A DNA stretch of 44,365 nt from Methanobacteriota archaeon (lineage in GTDB: Archaea; Thermoplasmatota; Poseidoniia; Poseidoniales; Poseidoniaceae). The notes beneath the pieces are model-generated. The model was not told the DNA's origin and ran no database searches. It worked only from the letters and a program-made list of their open reading frames with translations. The DNA is taken from contig JABIGM010000021.1 of the NCBI GenBank assembly GCA_018650165.1, forward strand, positions 1 to 44,365, written 5' to 3'. The position numbers and the translations under genes were made by a program. Numbering within the stretch: the first letter of the stretch is position 1; every line of letters starts with the position of its first letter. Positions 1 to 9,941 of the stretch are shown here, piece by piece.

Positions 1-393
1 CAGAGATCGGCCCCGCTCTTCGCAACCTTAGTTGAGATTATGAAAACTCACGTGGGAGCTTCTCGCAATGAATCCGGATTACAATCTGCAATTGAACAAT
101 TAACAGAACTAGAAACGGCTGCAGAAAAGTTGCACCTAGATGACAACAGTCGTTTATTCAATACAAATTTGTTAGAAGCACTCAGGCTGAAAGCAGGCAT
201 CCGCTTGGCTAAAGCAACAACTCAAAGCGCCATTTCGAGAACCGAAAGCCGAGGTACACACCAGCGTTCAGATTTCGAAGACACAGACCCAAACCAACTC
301 CACCATACATTAGTCGATAATCAAGGAAACACATCGAAACTTGCAATCCGCAAAGGCGGCTCTGCAACATGGGTTCTTTCCCCCGATGCTTAA
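1..393 (+). CDS. C-terminal fragment of an SdhA/FrdA/NadB-family flavoprotein (5' truncated by window edge)
   Basis: Frame is open from base 1. It contains the family C-terminal motif A..R.ESRGTHQRSDF (SAISRTESRGTHQRSDFEDTD). SdhA versus L-aspartate oxidase cannot be resolved from this fragment. Confidence 0.75.
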   Translation, partial: QRSAPLFATLVEIMKTHVGASRNESGLQSAIEQLTELETAAEKLHLDDNSRLFNTNLLEALRLKAGIRLAKATTQSAISRTESRGTHQRSDFEDTDPNQLHHTLVDNQGNTSKLAIRKGGSATWVLSPDA

Positions 394-439
394 CTAAAAA
401 CACCCCCAATACTTTGAGGGGTGTGTATGTGCAAACAAC

Positions 440-877
440 ATGGCAGATACTACGTTGTTTGAAAAAATCCTCTCGGGAAACATTCCTGGGAACTTCGTTA
501 GTAGAGGGGAAAGTTGGGGGGCGTTTCTCGATGTATACCCGCGCTCTGAAGGCCACACATTGGTAGTGCCAGTGAACCCGGTTCAAAGGATCACAGAATT
601 ATCTAAATCGGAATTGGGCGAACTGTTTGAAGGCGTGAAAAATGTACAAAGCCTACTTTCAACTTATTATAACACGACAGATTTCACAGTCGTAATTCAC
701 GATGGCCCAAACGCAGGCCAAGAAATCCCCCATGTACACGTACACGTGATTCCAAGAATAGACGGCGACGAAGGCAGGGCACTTCCCGCTATGTTTCCAT
801 CTGCAAATCCACCAAATCCTCCCGATTTCGCCAGTCTCGCAAATTTGTGTTCAAAGATAAAGGAGGCATCACAATGA
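440..877 (+). CDS. HIT family nucleotide hydrolase
   Basis: TLFEKIL N-terminus, AFLDVYP..EGHTLVVP, and histidine triad GQEIPHVHVHVIPR. Confidence 0.93.
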   Translation: MADTTLFEKILSGNIPGNFVSRGESWGAFLDVYPRSEGHTLVVPVNPVQRITELSKSELGELFEGVKNVQSLLSTYYNTTDFTVVIHDGPNAGQEIPHVHVHVIPRIDGDEGRALPAMFPSANPPNPPDFASLANLCSKIKEASQ

Positions 878-2424
878 AAGGTGGAGAAGATGGAATTCGT
901 GACCATAATGGGGAGTTATTGCCCGTGCTGTCAACATCGGCAACAAAAATGGATTATGAAAAATTAGTAAACTCTCCCCTTCCTAAATTTGAAAAAAATT
1001 ACCCAGGCTCTCCCTTTTTTATGGAATTTGGATACTTTTGCCTAAGGAGAGTGCACAACACACTATTCCGAACAATCGAGGTTTCTGGTATTGAAAACAT
1101 TCCAAAAGATAGAGGGAGCATGTGCTCAGCTTGGCATACGAATGGCCTATTAGACCCCATTTCGATATTCCTAACACATCCGCGCAAATTCGTAGTTGGC
1201 GGGAGACATGATCTCGTCACTAGGCCAATTCTAGGGTTTTGGGCTCGTAAATTCGCAGTCCAGCCAGTGGTTAGAAAGGCGGAGTTATTGAGGGGAGGGT
1301 GTTCCGATGAGGAAGCAAATTACCTGAATGGGCGTTCATTACTAAACCTCGCAACCGGAATTTCACATGGCTTTGGTTGCGCATTATTCCCAGAAGGTAC
1401 AAGTCATTCAGAAAGCCATCTTATTCGTTTGAAGACAGGGCCGGTAAGAACTGTATTGGCAGCGGCAGCCCATGCAAAATCTACCGGCGTGAATATACCG
1501 GTGATAATTCCAATAGGACTCCACTTTAGAACACGTCACTTTTTCAGAACGGATTGCTGGGTTGAATATGGTGAACCGATTGAACTGCCTGTTGACGAAC
1601 TTCCAGATGAATTATTGGAGGCTGTAAAAAACGGCGACTGGAGTGAACCGCCTTCGGAAGTTGTAATCAATATACGAAATACCCTCGAAGAGAAACTAGC
1701 ACCAATGACCCCTAACCGCGAAACCTTCAGCGAAGTCCATCGTGACGGAGTAATCGCTCACGTTCAAAGTCGAATAAACAGTAAACCGTCTCTTTCATGG
1801 AGAGAAGAAGTTCTTGAAGTTCGGAGATTGAAACAAGAACCAGCATCGCAAGAAGTTCAAGAATTAGCCACCAAGGTTGGAGACACACTGAATGAAGCAG
1901 TCTTAGATGGAAGAGACATCAATTCCACATCAACAGGGCTACGGGGAATTTCACCAACAGGGGCGATAAATAATTTAGCAAAACTCATTCCAATGCTAAT
2001 TTTATTGCCCGCTATAATAATTGGAATGGGCCCACAAATAATACTTGGTAGGCTACTTGGAGATAGTACAGACGAAGGGCAAGATGCCCGAACCTCATAC
2101 CAATTATTGGCGGGAATGTTTGGCTCCCTTGGCTGGTGGCCAATATTATCTACAATTCTTACAGTGCTTTGTATAATATTTAATCCAGAACTCAATACCG
2201 AACTCGGATTGGATTGGATGTCGGCGCTTGGGAATGAAATTTGGCAGGAGGTATTCGCCGGTCTCGGCCTGTGGTTATGTTTCGTTGCAATCTTTTGGCT
2301 ATCAGGCATTTTCTTTGCCCTTGGATGGGATCCAATATCGGACGCAGCAAAGTGGTTAAGGCGAAGAAAAACCAACAAGAAAGTATCCTCCGATTTATCA
2401 AAATTACGTGAATTACTAAAGTGA
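874..2424 (+). CDS. Glycerolipid/lysophospholipid acyltransferase (PlsC/LPLAT superfamily) with C-terminal membrane domain
   Basis: Motifs WHTNGLLDP (HX5D variant of the catalytic motif), LFPEGTSH and IIPIGLHF; several C-terminal hydrophobic helices. ATG 874 overlaps the HIT stop (ATGA) and follows AGGAGG. Confidence 0.85.
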   Translation: MKGGEDGIRDHNGELLPVLSTSATKMDYEKLVNSPLPKFEKNYPGSPFFMEFGYFCLRRVHNTLFRTIEVSGIENIPKDRGSMCSAWHTNGLLDPISIFLTHPRKFVVGGRHDLVTRPILGFWARKFAVQPVVRKAELLRGGCSDEEANYLNGRSLLNLATGISHGFGCALFPEGTSHSESHLIRLKTGPVRTVLAAAAHAKSTGVNIPVIIPIGLHFRTRHFFRTDCWVEYGEPIELPVDELPDELLEAVKNGDWSEPPSEVVINIRNTLEEKLAPMTPNRETFSEVHRDGVIAHVQSRINSKPSLSWREEVLEVRRLKQEPASQEVQELATKVGDTLNEAVLDGRDINSTSTGLRGISPTGAINNLAKLIPMLILLPAIIIGMGPQIILGRLLGDSTDEGQDARTSYQLLAGMFGSLGWWPILSTILTVLCIIFNPELNTELGLDWMSALGNEIWQEVFAGLGLWLCFVAIFWLSGIFFALGWDPISDAAKWLRRRKTNKKVSSDLSKLRELLK

Positions 2425-2458
2425 ACGGTTCAAGTTAGTTGACCTCCTCGGCTACATT

Positions 2459-3091
2459 ATGTCGCCCGACGAAATCGAAGGCCTTGTTCGTTCATGGCTT
2501 GCCAGTGAGAGAATCGAAATCCGCGAGCAAGAGGACGAACGTGCCAATTTACATCTCTTGGTAAAGTACCCCCAAGGGAAAAACGGGCACATGTTTGCAA
2601 TTATTATTCCGAAAGGGAGGGGCCTATTGGCAATCTCCTCAATGACTAGAGTCGATGCTGGGCAGCAAAAGGCAATGAAGGAATTGATGAAGTCTGAAGA
2701 GGATGAATGGAAATCATGGATTCATGAATGTAGAATGCAATTAATCGCATCTGGCGTCGATTGGGGGATTCACTTAGGACATTCTAGTGACAAAAGAACC
2801 GGTCCACTGCAAGCATTCAATGTTAGCGAACCAGTATGGTTTGATGGACTGACCAAGAATGAAATGATGCAAAACCTCCGCCGTCTTTGGCTAGCAAAAC
2901 TTGGAATTATTCATGAAATAAAATTCATGTTTGGAACAGGTAGTGGAAAACCCGGACCCGTTGATGATTGGCAAGGAAAGAAAGACCAACGGACGCGCGT
3001 TGGCAGGCCCTCTTCGCCACCAACCGAAGAGATTCATACGGACGATTCGATGTCTTTTGGAGAAGGATTTGACCCGTCAGATTGGATATAA
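2459..3091 (+). CDS. Conserved hypothetical protein, DUF2299-like
   Basis: 210-aa ORF with ATG start. The N-terminal ...VRSWLASERIEIRE... pattern and alpha/beta layout resemble archaeal DUF2299 proteins (recognition only). Confidence 0.55.
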   Translation: MSPDEIEGLVRSWLASERIEIREQEDERANLHLLVKYPQGKNGHMFAIIIPKGRGLLAISSMTRVDAGQQKAMKELMKSEEDEWKSWIHECRMQLIASGVDWGIHLGHSSDKRTGPLQAFNVSEPVWFDGLTKNEMMQNLRRLWLAKLGIIHEIKFMFGTGSGKPGPVDDWQGKKDQRTRVGRPSSPPTEEIHTDDSMSFGEGFDPSDWI

Positions 3092-3186
3092 ATTTTAGAT
3101 TTAATCTTAAGCCGAACTATGACCCGAAAGGGGCGCGGTTAAGTAGGAGTAATGTAGCGATAGATTGTCGTTAGGATGGTCATCAT

Positions 3187-6100
3187 ATGAGTCAAAAAAT
3201 GAAGTCGGTAAGCCTTGCAGCAATAATGCTGCTCTCAACATTAACAGCAATCTTGGTTGCAGCACCCGCTGCAGCTACCCAGGTTGTAATTACAGAAGCA
3301 ATACAAGTCGTCGATGGCGGCAGTTCATCAGACCGCATGTCTGCAGTTTCTGCAGATTCTGAAGGAAACGTTCACGTGGTCTGGAGTCGTTCAAACCAAC
3401 ACTTGTATTATTCAATGATTTCACCTCGTGGCGAGACTCTAATCGATGCTACACAAGTCACAGGTTCTGGACTTCACAAAATCTACCACCCCGACATGGT
3501 AATTGATGAAAACGACATAGTACACATCGCTTGGGCAGACCACTCAGGCCAACACAAGATCATGTATACAGCACTACATCCGTTCGAAACAGCAATGGAC
3601 GGTTCAGTATCCGATGACAGTTCACTTACCGCAATCGATGACTACATCGTTGCACAGCACATCAACAACCGCGATTGGCCAGCAATCGATGTAGATAGCC
3701 AAGGCAACATCCACCTTGTATGGCAAGACAATTACGACGAACTCGACATGTTCTTCCAACAACCTCAGATTTACTACAAGATGCTACAGCCAGATTACGG
3801 AGTACAGAATGTCATCGTTCTATTCGACGATACCCTCTTGACTCCAATCATCGGGCACAAAGGACACCCAGACATAGTAGTTGACGCCAACGACTACGTA
3901 CAAATCGCATGGGATGATACCCGTGGAGGAAAGGTCGAATTGGTATTCGTAGTAGATACTTCGGGTTCTATGTATTCTGAATGGGCCGATGTTTGTACAG
4001 TAATTTACGGCGGAAATTTCCAATCTGGTAGCAACTTCAAAGGAATCAAGCCAATGCTTGAAGAAGGCAACATGACAGTATTCGAAACCATTTATGGATT
4101 AGGAAACACATTACCAGGTGCAGCAAGCCAAGGAAACTGTGCAGCTCACAACAAAAATTCAGGGCCACGCGCAACGCCTCTTGGACAGGTAGCAGGTGAC
4201 AATTCTGGCGGACTACGTACTCTACCGGGGACGGTATACAACGGAGCAACATACTCCGGCTACTCTGGTGAAGATTGGGGACCTGGTTCCAACTGGGCCT
4301 GCCTCTCTTGGAAGGACACAGTAGGCAACGTCCCAGGAAACCCCCCGACCTCTTCTGACCACCGTTGGAATCCTAATGCAACAAAGATTGTCTTGCCGAT
4401 TTCTGATGAGGGGCCAAAAGATGGTGACCCATCCCAACAAGCAGACGATACATCTTCGATTAACGAAGCACACGATAATTGTCTCAACGCAGGAGTAGTT
4501 CCTGTGGGCCTATATGGGCAATCTTACGGAGGAGCAGTAAACATTGAATCTCACATGAGAGATCTAGTACAGTGCCCTAATGGTGTAGTATCCTCGTCAA
4601 CTCGAAACTGTCCAGGCAACTCAGTCCGTTCAACCGACGCTGGCGGCCAAGCATACGAATTCCCTTCAGGATCCAGCGGTGCAACCCAGATGCAACTTCT
4701 TGTTGAAGCAATGGTTTACATTTCAACCAACAACTCTCGTGAAATTTTCATGACTGTTCTTGACCCATATGGTAAGATGGATAACGACCCACAATGGATA
4801 CCAGGAAACTCTGGGCACACAACTGTAAGCAACGGATATGCCGAAGACACAGGCCGTGGAAGCGAAGGCCACCTAGTCGTCGTTAACGACACACGTGTTA
4901 CCATTGACGATGCGTTTTCCCTACACCCTTCAATTGGAGTAGACCTACAAGGAAATACTCACATCGCATGGATGGATGGACGTGACTATGGATTCGAGAA
5001 GAATGTTCCATACGAAATCTACTACACCAAACTGCGACTCCAAGGAGCAGGAGAATGGGATGGAGTTCCAAACGGGCTTTCGACCTACGCAATCAAGAGA
5101 ATCGAAGACACACCTATCTCGGAAGTAGAAGGAATCGGGCAGATGCCACAAGGCAGTAGCCAGAATTCCGCATACCCTGCTCTCCTCACCGATCCACAGA
5201 ACAATATCCACGTTGCGTGGTTGGACTTTGGAAATGGTAGTGCAGGTGAAGAAATTCGCTATACTCGTTTGAATGCAACCAGTGAAACAGGACCCGGGGA
5301 AACCGCATTAGATGCTTGGAATTCTACTGCAGTTACATCTTGGTCATCGTTCAAACTCGGACCAAATCAAATGTCTAAACCGTCTTTAGGACAACCGCCT
5401 GCCTTTGCAAACGACCTTGGAAGCGGCGCACACATCGCTTGGTCTGACACAAACAAGTGTTCGGATGAAAGCAACGGTGGCCCTTGGACAATTTGTTATT
5501 CACATGTTTTAACAGGACAGGTTGATGTTGAATTCGATGATGGGGAGACTTACTACCACGTAATCGAACCTGGTGAGCAAACAATCTACAATCTCACAAT
5601 CAACAATACAACACCGGGTCCAAAAGATTTGGTTGCAGATACTTACAATCTAAACCTAACAGGAATGCCTGAAAACTGGACCGCAAATCTGTATTTCTCT
5701 AACAACCACACTGCAATCTTCCCAGATACTCCAATCTTCTTGGAAGGCGGAGAAATGGCCCGTATGTACCTACGTGTACGTGCACCATCAATCTACCAGG
5801 CAGATGCAGATCAATTAGCTGAAATTATAGTTTCAGCAATTTCATTAAAGGACCCAGCAATACGTTCTGAAAGATTGACTCTGACACTTATGGATGTAGT
5901 TCACGGAATAGACTTGGATACAAGTCACCGAATGGCCGATGTCGAACAGGGGCAAACTGCGATATTCTCGATTACAATTACCAACACCGGGAACGTCCAC
6001 GATTCGTATGCTTTCTATGACCCTAACAGTTTGGAAGGGCAACAGGAGTGGCTACTACCCTTTGGATGGCAAGTAGCATTCCCAATGCAGGTTTCTCTCG

Positions 6101-8205
6101 ACCCGGGGCAGTCAGTCACCAAGAACCTAGAGATTTCTGTACCTACTAGTCAAGATCCGGGAACATTCGTTCTTTATGTCAAGGGCTGGTCTGAAGGAGA
6201 ACCATTGAAGTCTCTAGAAAAAGGAACTTACGATGTTCTAGAATTATGGATTAACGTATCGATTCGTTCGATAGGCAACATAGTTTTCGAAATTTATGAT
6301 ACTAGTGAAATGATTCTACCATCGCCGAGTTCTGGAGCACCATCTTGTGCAGAGTATGATGTCAATGTCATCAAGAACTACGAAGCAGGGTATCTTGTGT
6401 TTACCACACCTGGTGCGCCGGAAGCTAAGCCAGATGAAGTCGATATGAATACATGGAGACAAGACCACTGGACCGTCGAATTAGACTTCACAAACGCGCC
6501 GGGGCAAAGAGATCCATCGGACCAGTATAGTCCGAGATTGTGGCCTATTGAGACTACCTATACCATTGGAGTATCGGTATGTGCCCCAGTTAATGCAAAC
6601 GCGGGCTTAGGGCCTGCGGTAACCGTGAAAGCCCATCTTGAAGGCTATCCGCGTGTAGCAGACTCGGTGATTCTGTCTACTAACGTGATTCACGTGTTTG
6701 CACTGGAGGCAACTGCGGAAACAACAGATTTCCTTGCAAATCCTGGCGAGACCTGGATTATCCCAACAACCGTGGCAAATACAGGAAACGGACCTGATAG
6801 GTATGATCTAAGACTAGGACGCGTTTACGACTCTAAAGGAATCGATGTTCTTTGGGACATCAATATTCCACGTAACCTTCTAACCGAATTATCCCGAGGA
6901 ACTACCCAGACTGTTGATTTGACAATCAATGTGCCACAACAGGTACCAGCGGGTGATTACACAGTAGTTATCCAAGCTTTCAGCGAAGAAGACTACCCTG
7001 ATGATTCAGGACATAGAACACGTCTTCGTGATGAAATAATGTTCCAAATTACCGTGAATGAATTCTATGATATGCAGATTAGCATGGATTCTAGTGTTGA
7101 TAATGATGTAAAGACCAGTGCCCCTGGAAGAATAGTTGAATTTGTAGTGAATATCACGAATGCTGGAAATGTACCAGACATACCATCTTTACACAACCAT
7201 ACCGCATCTAAAGACGGTTCTACGGGCAATGTTCTTTGGAATACACTACCGGGAATGGGCGCTTTAAGCGGTTGGAGTGTTGACTGGAAGATGGTCAACT
7301 ATGTAGGTAGCGATTTAATAGTTGAAACCGAGTGTTTGACAACAACTTCGACCGCAGAAGAATTCAATGAAATGTATTATCTTGATTGTCTTTACTTGGA
7401 AGATATCAATGAATGGAGGTTACCAGAAATGGCACCGTATACTACCCACACACTGATTGCAACGGTTCACATCTCTACTGGAGCAAAACTCGATACTAGA
7501 TATATCGGATTAAAGGTCACTAGTATAGCTGGCAATATGGAAAATGATGGTGACCACGACGACAGCCCCGAATGGGCTGGAGATCTATTGGACACCAACG
7601 AACTAATTGTCACATTGCGTCTACGTGCACCTAACTTGGTAATCCATGAGGTATCAGTCTCTGAAACGAGTAATGAAGTGGACAGTACTATCCCAGTCCG
7701 CGTTGTTCTTTGGAATACTGGAAACGTACATGCAACAAACATCGAAGTAATTCTTTGTGAATTTAGTGATGCTGATGATGAAGTGCTCAAGGATATTCGA
7801 AACAACGGCTGTCCCGAGGATTCTATTGTAATGCGCCAAACTGTTGGCGCATTGCTTGCTCCTGACGCGAGTGAAGATGCACAAGAAATCGAATTGTACC
7901 TACTTTACCCGGTATCGGCAGGGTCTCATGATATTGTAGTCGTAGTAGACCCATCGAACAACATCGTTGAAGTGAGTGAAAGCGACAACATCCAAGTTGT
8001 CAGCGAAGAACTATCTAGCGAATCACCGTTCCTTGATGTAGCAGGTGAAATAGTCAGCGAATGGGCTCTACCATTCGGTGTACTATTACTCACCTTCTCG
8101 TTATTCGGTGTTCTATACTTAGTAGGCCGTGGCCGTCGAGCGGACGTTAAGAACCGTCTTGCAGAACAGAGCAGTTTGATTTCAGTATTGGAAGACGATA
8201 GCTGA
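3187..8205 (+). CDS. Large secreted, membrane-anchored surface protein (beta-propeller-like repeats, VWA domain, Ig-like/NEW3-type repeats, CARDB-like domain)
   Basis: 1672 aa. Signal peptide MSQKMKSVSLAAIMLL...; repeated H(V/I)(V/A)WxD motifs; MIDAS-like VFVVDTSGSM; repeated (I/V)TNTGNxxD motifs; VVVDPSNNIVEVSESDN (CARDB-like); C-terminal TM followed by GRGRR. Confidence 0.85.
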   Translation: MSQKMKSVSLAAIMLLSTLTAILVAAPAAATQVVITEAIQVVDGGSSSDRMSAVSADSEGNVHVVWSRSNQHLYYSMISPRGETLIDATQVTGSGLHKIYHPDMVIDENDIVHIAWADHSGQHKIMYTALHPFETAMDGSVSDDSSLTAIDDYIVAQHINNRDWPAIDVDSQGNIHLVWQDNYDELDMFFQQPQIYYKMLQPDYGVQNVIVLFDDTLLTPIIGHKGHPDIVVDANDYVQIAWDDTRGGKVELVFVVDTSGSMYSEWADVCTVIYGGNFQSGSNFKGIKPMLEEGNMTVFETIYGLGNTLPGAASQGNCAAHNKNSGPRATPLGQVAGDNSGGLRTLPGTVYNGATYSGYSGEDWGPGSNWACLSWKDTVGNVPGNPPTSSDHRWNPNATKIVLPISDEGPKDGDPSQQADDTSSINEAHDNCLNAGVVPVGLYGQSYGGAVNIESHMRDLVQCPNGVVSSSTRNCPGNSVRSTDAGGQAYEFPSGSSGATQMQLLVEAMVYISTNNSREIFMTVLDPYGKMDNDPQWIPGNSGHTTVSNGYAEDTGRGSEGHLVVVNDTRVTIDDAFSLHPSIGVDLQGNTHIAWMDGRDYGFEKNVPYEIYYTKLRLQGAGEWDGVPNGLSTYAIKRIEDTPISEVEGIGQMPQGSSQNSAYPALLTDPQNNIHVAWLDFGNGSAGEEIRYTRLNATSETGPGETALDAWNSTAVTSWSSFKLGPNQMSKPSLGQPPAFANDLGSGAHIAWSDTNKCSDESNGGPWTICYSHVLTGQVDVEFDDGETYYHVIEPGEQTIYNLTINNTTPGPKDLVADTYNLNLTGMPENWTANLYFSNNHTAIFPDTPIFLEGGEMARMYLRVRAPSIYQADADQLAEIIVSAISLKDPAIRSERLTLTLMDVVHGIDLDTSHRMADVEQGQTAIFSITITNTGNVHDSYAFYDPNSLEGQQEWLLPFGWQVAFPMQVSLDPGQSVTKNLEISVPTSQDPGTFVLYVKGWSEGEPLKSLEKGTYDVLELWINVSIRSIGNIVFEIYDTSEMILPSPSSGAPSCAEYDVNVIKNYEAGYLVFTTPGAPEAKPDEVDMNTWRQDHWTVELDFTNAPGQRDPSDQYSPRLWPIETTYTIGVSVCAPVNANAGLGPAVTVKAHLEGYPRVADSVILSTNVIHVFALEATAETTDFLANPGETWIIPTTVANTGNGPDRYDLRLGRVYDSKGIDVLWDINIPRNLLTELSRGTTQTVDLTINVPQQVPAGDYTVVIQAFSEEDYPDDSGHRTRLRDEIMFQITVNEFYDMQISMDSSVDNDVKTSAPGRIVEFVVNITNAGNVPDIPSLHNHTASKDGSTGNVLWNTLPGMGALSGWSVDWKMVNYVGSDLIVETECLTTTSTAEEFNEMYYLDCLYLEDINEWRLPEMAPYTTHTLIATVHISTGAKLDTRYIGLKVTSIAGNMENDGDHDDSPEWAGDLLDTNELIVTLRLRAPNLVIHEVSVSETSNEVDSTIPVRVVLWNTGNVHATNIEVILCEFSDADDEVLKDIRNNGCPEDSIVMRQTVGALLAPDASEDAQEIELYLLYPVSAGSHDIVVVVDPSNNIVEVSESDNIQVVSEELSSESPFLDVAGEIVSEWALPFGVLLLTFSLFGVLYLVGRGRRADVKNRLAEQSSLISVLEDDS

Positions 8206-8234
8206 GTTTGAACACAGAATGATAGGTATCGACC

Positions 8235-8996
8235 TCATTGGTTTTGATTGGGGTCGATACCTAAAGCTGCCCACCAGGGCAACTCGATTGTTTGAGAAGC
8301 GGCAACGAATTGTCCTGATCGTTCGGCCAATTGCCGTACCATTCTTGTCCGAACTTCATCCATTAGTCGCTCACTAGCCTCAGCGCCCAATTGTAATTCC
8401 TTAGCGAATTCTTTGAAGTTGAAATGTGAGCGCGGAGCCTCAAGTATGTTGTGAACCATTAGGCGTTGTTCATAAGATTCGAAATCAGAATCCACCGTGG
8501 TAGAGACCCTTTGCTTAATCTGTTGATGAAGAGCAATCAATGCATCCCTCTCGGCATCTATTTTTTCAATAGCTTCTGAAATTGACGATAAGTGATGTGC
8601 TCCTTCACCGACACCGATTTTCTTCCGCCCACTCACCATTTCAGCAACTCTGACAATATCTCCGTTTAGTTGATTCGAGAGTTTTAATGGCCCACCCGCA
8701 GGCAAAATCCTTTGATTACACTGAAATAAATCTGGACCAAGGTCAATACGAATGGAAATTGCCTGCTGTACCGAGTAAATATTCTTTGGAGGGCCGCCCT
8801 TATTGCTTGCAACCCGCATTTTTACGACAAATGCTGCACCCTCCAACAACTTGAGGTGTTTCATAACCGCTTGTTGAGATATTCCAATTTGTTCAGCGAG
8901 TTGAAGCGGGTAATGCGGCTCCCTAACCAAACGTTCAAGAATTGCTCTACGAGCCTTGTTCTGTAGAATAGCGAGCGCCTCGTCGAGGTTAGCCAT
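8235..8996 (-). CDS. ArsR-type winged-helix regulator of the archaeal Phr/HSR1 heat-shock repressor family
   Basis: LAILQNKARRAILERLVREPHYPLQLAEQIGISQQAVMKHLKLLE...GGPPKNIYSV closely parallels the Pyrococcus Phr N-terminus; a helical/coiled-coil C-terminal region follows. Confidence 0.8.
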   Translation of the reverse strand: MANLDEALAILQNKARRAILERLVREPHYPLQLAEQIGISQQAVMKHLKLLEGAAFVVKMRVASNKGGPPKNIYSVQQAISIRIDLGPDLFQCNQRILPAGGPLKLSNQLNGDIVRVAEMVSGRKKIGVGEGAHHLSSISEAIEKIDAERDALIALHQQIKQRVSTTVDSDFESYEQRLMVHNILEAPRSHFNFKEFAKELQLGAEASERLMDEVRTRMVRQLAERSGQFVAASQTIELPWWAALGIDPNQNQ

Positions 8997-9002
8997 GACT
9001 TC

Positions 9003-9034
9003 ACAACCAATGGTTACCTACCATCGGTTACCTA
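9003..9034. promoter_or_regulatory. Putative autoregulatory operator: two tandem AAC-N5-GTT-type palindromes / GGTTACCTA direct repeat
   Basis: acAACcaatgGTTAcctACcatcgGTTAccta. GGTTACCTA occurs at 9012-9020 and 9026-9034, starting 7 bp upstream of the regulator ATG. Confidence 0.6.
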
Positions 9035-9053
9035 TGAACTCGTCGGAAGAGTG

Positions 9054-9902
9054 CTAAGACTCATCCCAGTTTTTCCACGAGTCATCTGTTGGGGGGTTTT
9101 CAGGCGTATGTACGCTCGCTTTGTTGATTGAGCCTCCAACACTGATTGAATCTGGTTTCCGAATTCTAGTATCGGCATTTGCAAATGGACCTGGAACATC
9201 TATTCCATTCTCTTCAATTGTAGGGATTTCACCTCGAACCAATTGGTATAATTCATCGGTAGTTAGAATCTCTTTCTTTGGACTTAGGTCTTGATCTAAG
9301 GGAGTATCAATTCCCAAATGTTGGTTTGTAATCAATTGAACACCAGCATTTCTACCTCGGTTAATCATTACCAACATCCATCCCAGTGGAATAAAAATTA
9401 ATCCAACGCAGCACAAACCTCCAGACATCCATAACACAGGGTCAGTAAGCATCTCTATGACAACAACATCGCCATTGGTGAATAATAATGGATTAGTACA
9501 GCCATCTTCAGTTTCACAACTAATAGTAACTAAAATTTCAGACTCTTTTTCGATATCGAGTTTATCGACTGTTGAAAAATTAGTATCGCTGACTTGTGGT
9601 TGAAAATCTGAACGGCAATCATCATCAATTGCATCTCCCGCTGCCCCATCTTCGATATATTGGTAAGAAACGATGTAATCACTATCCTCTCCTTCAACAT
9701 TTACTACCCAACAACCAGCATCCAAGACAAATGTGTTTACTTCTCCATACTGGGCAGTTTCTTCCGAAGTTACCCTCGGGTCATAATAGTCCGTTAATTG
9801 GTCCCCGCTAAATGCAACAGATAGAATGCCACAAGCAGCAAGAATTACGCCAGTAATTAGAATCCGTTTTGGCCATGGCGAGGTCGTAGGAGCGGATTGC
9901 AT
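9054..9902 (-). CDS. Hypothetical membrane protein
   Basis: Two hydrophobic segments flank an acidic, Cys-containing domain. ATG 9902 is preceded by GGTGG and was preferred over TTG 9932. Confidence 0.7.
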   Translation of the reverse strand: MQSAPTTSPWPKRILITGVILAACGILSVAFSGDQLTDYYDPRVTSEETAQYGEVNTFVLDAGCWVVNVEGEDSDYIVSYQYIEDGAAGDAIDDDCRSDFQPQVSDTNFSTVDKLDIEKESEILVTISCETEDGCTNPLLFTNGDVVVIEMLTDPVLWMSGGLCCVGLIFIPLGWMLVMINRGRNAGVQLITNQHLGIDTPLDQDLSPKKEILTTDELYQLVRGEIPTIEENGIDVPGPFANADTRIRKPDSISVGGSINKASVHTPENPPTDDSWKNWDES

Positions 9903-9941
9903 CAAACCACCCAAACAGGCACGCAACTTCAACCAAACGGC

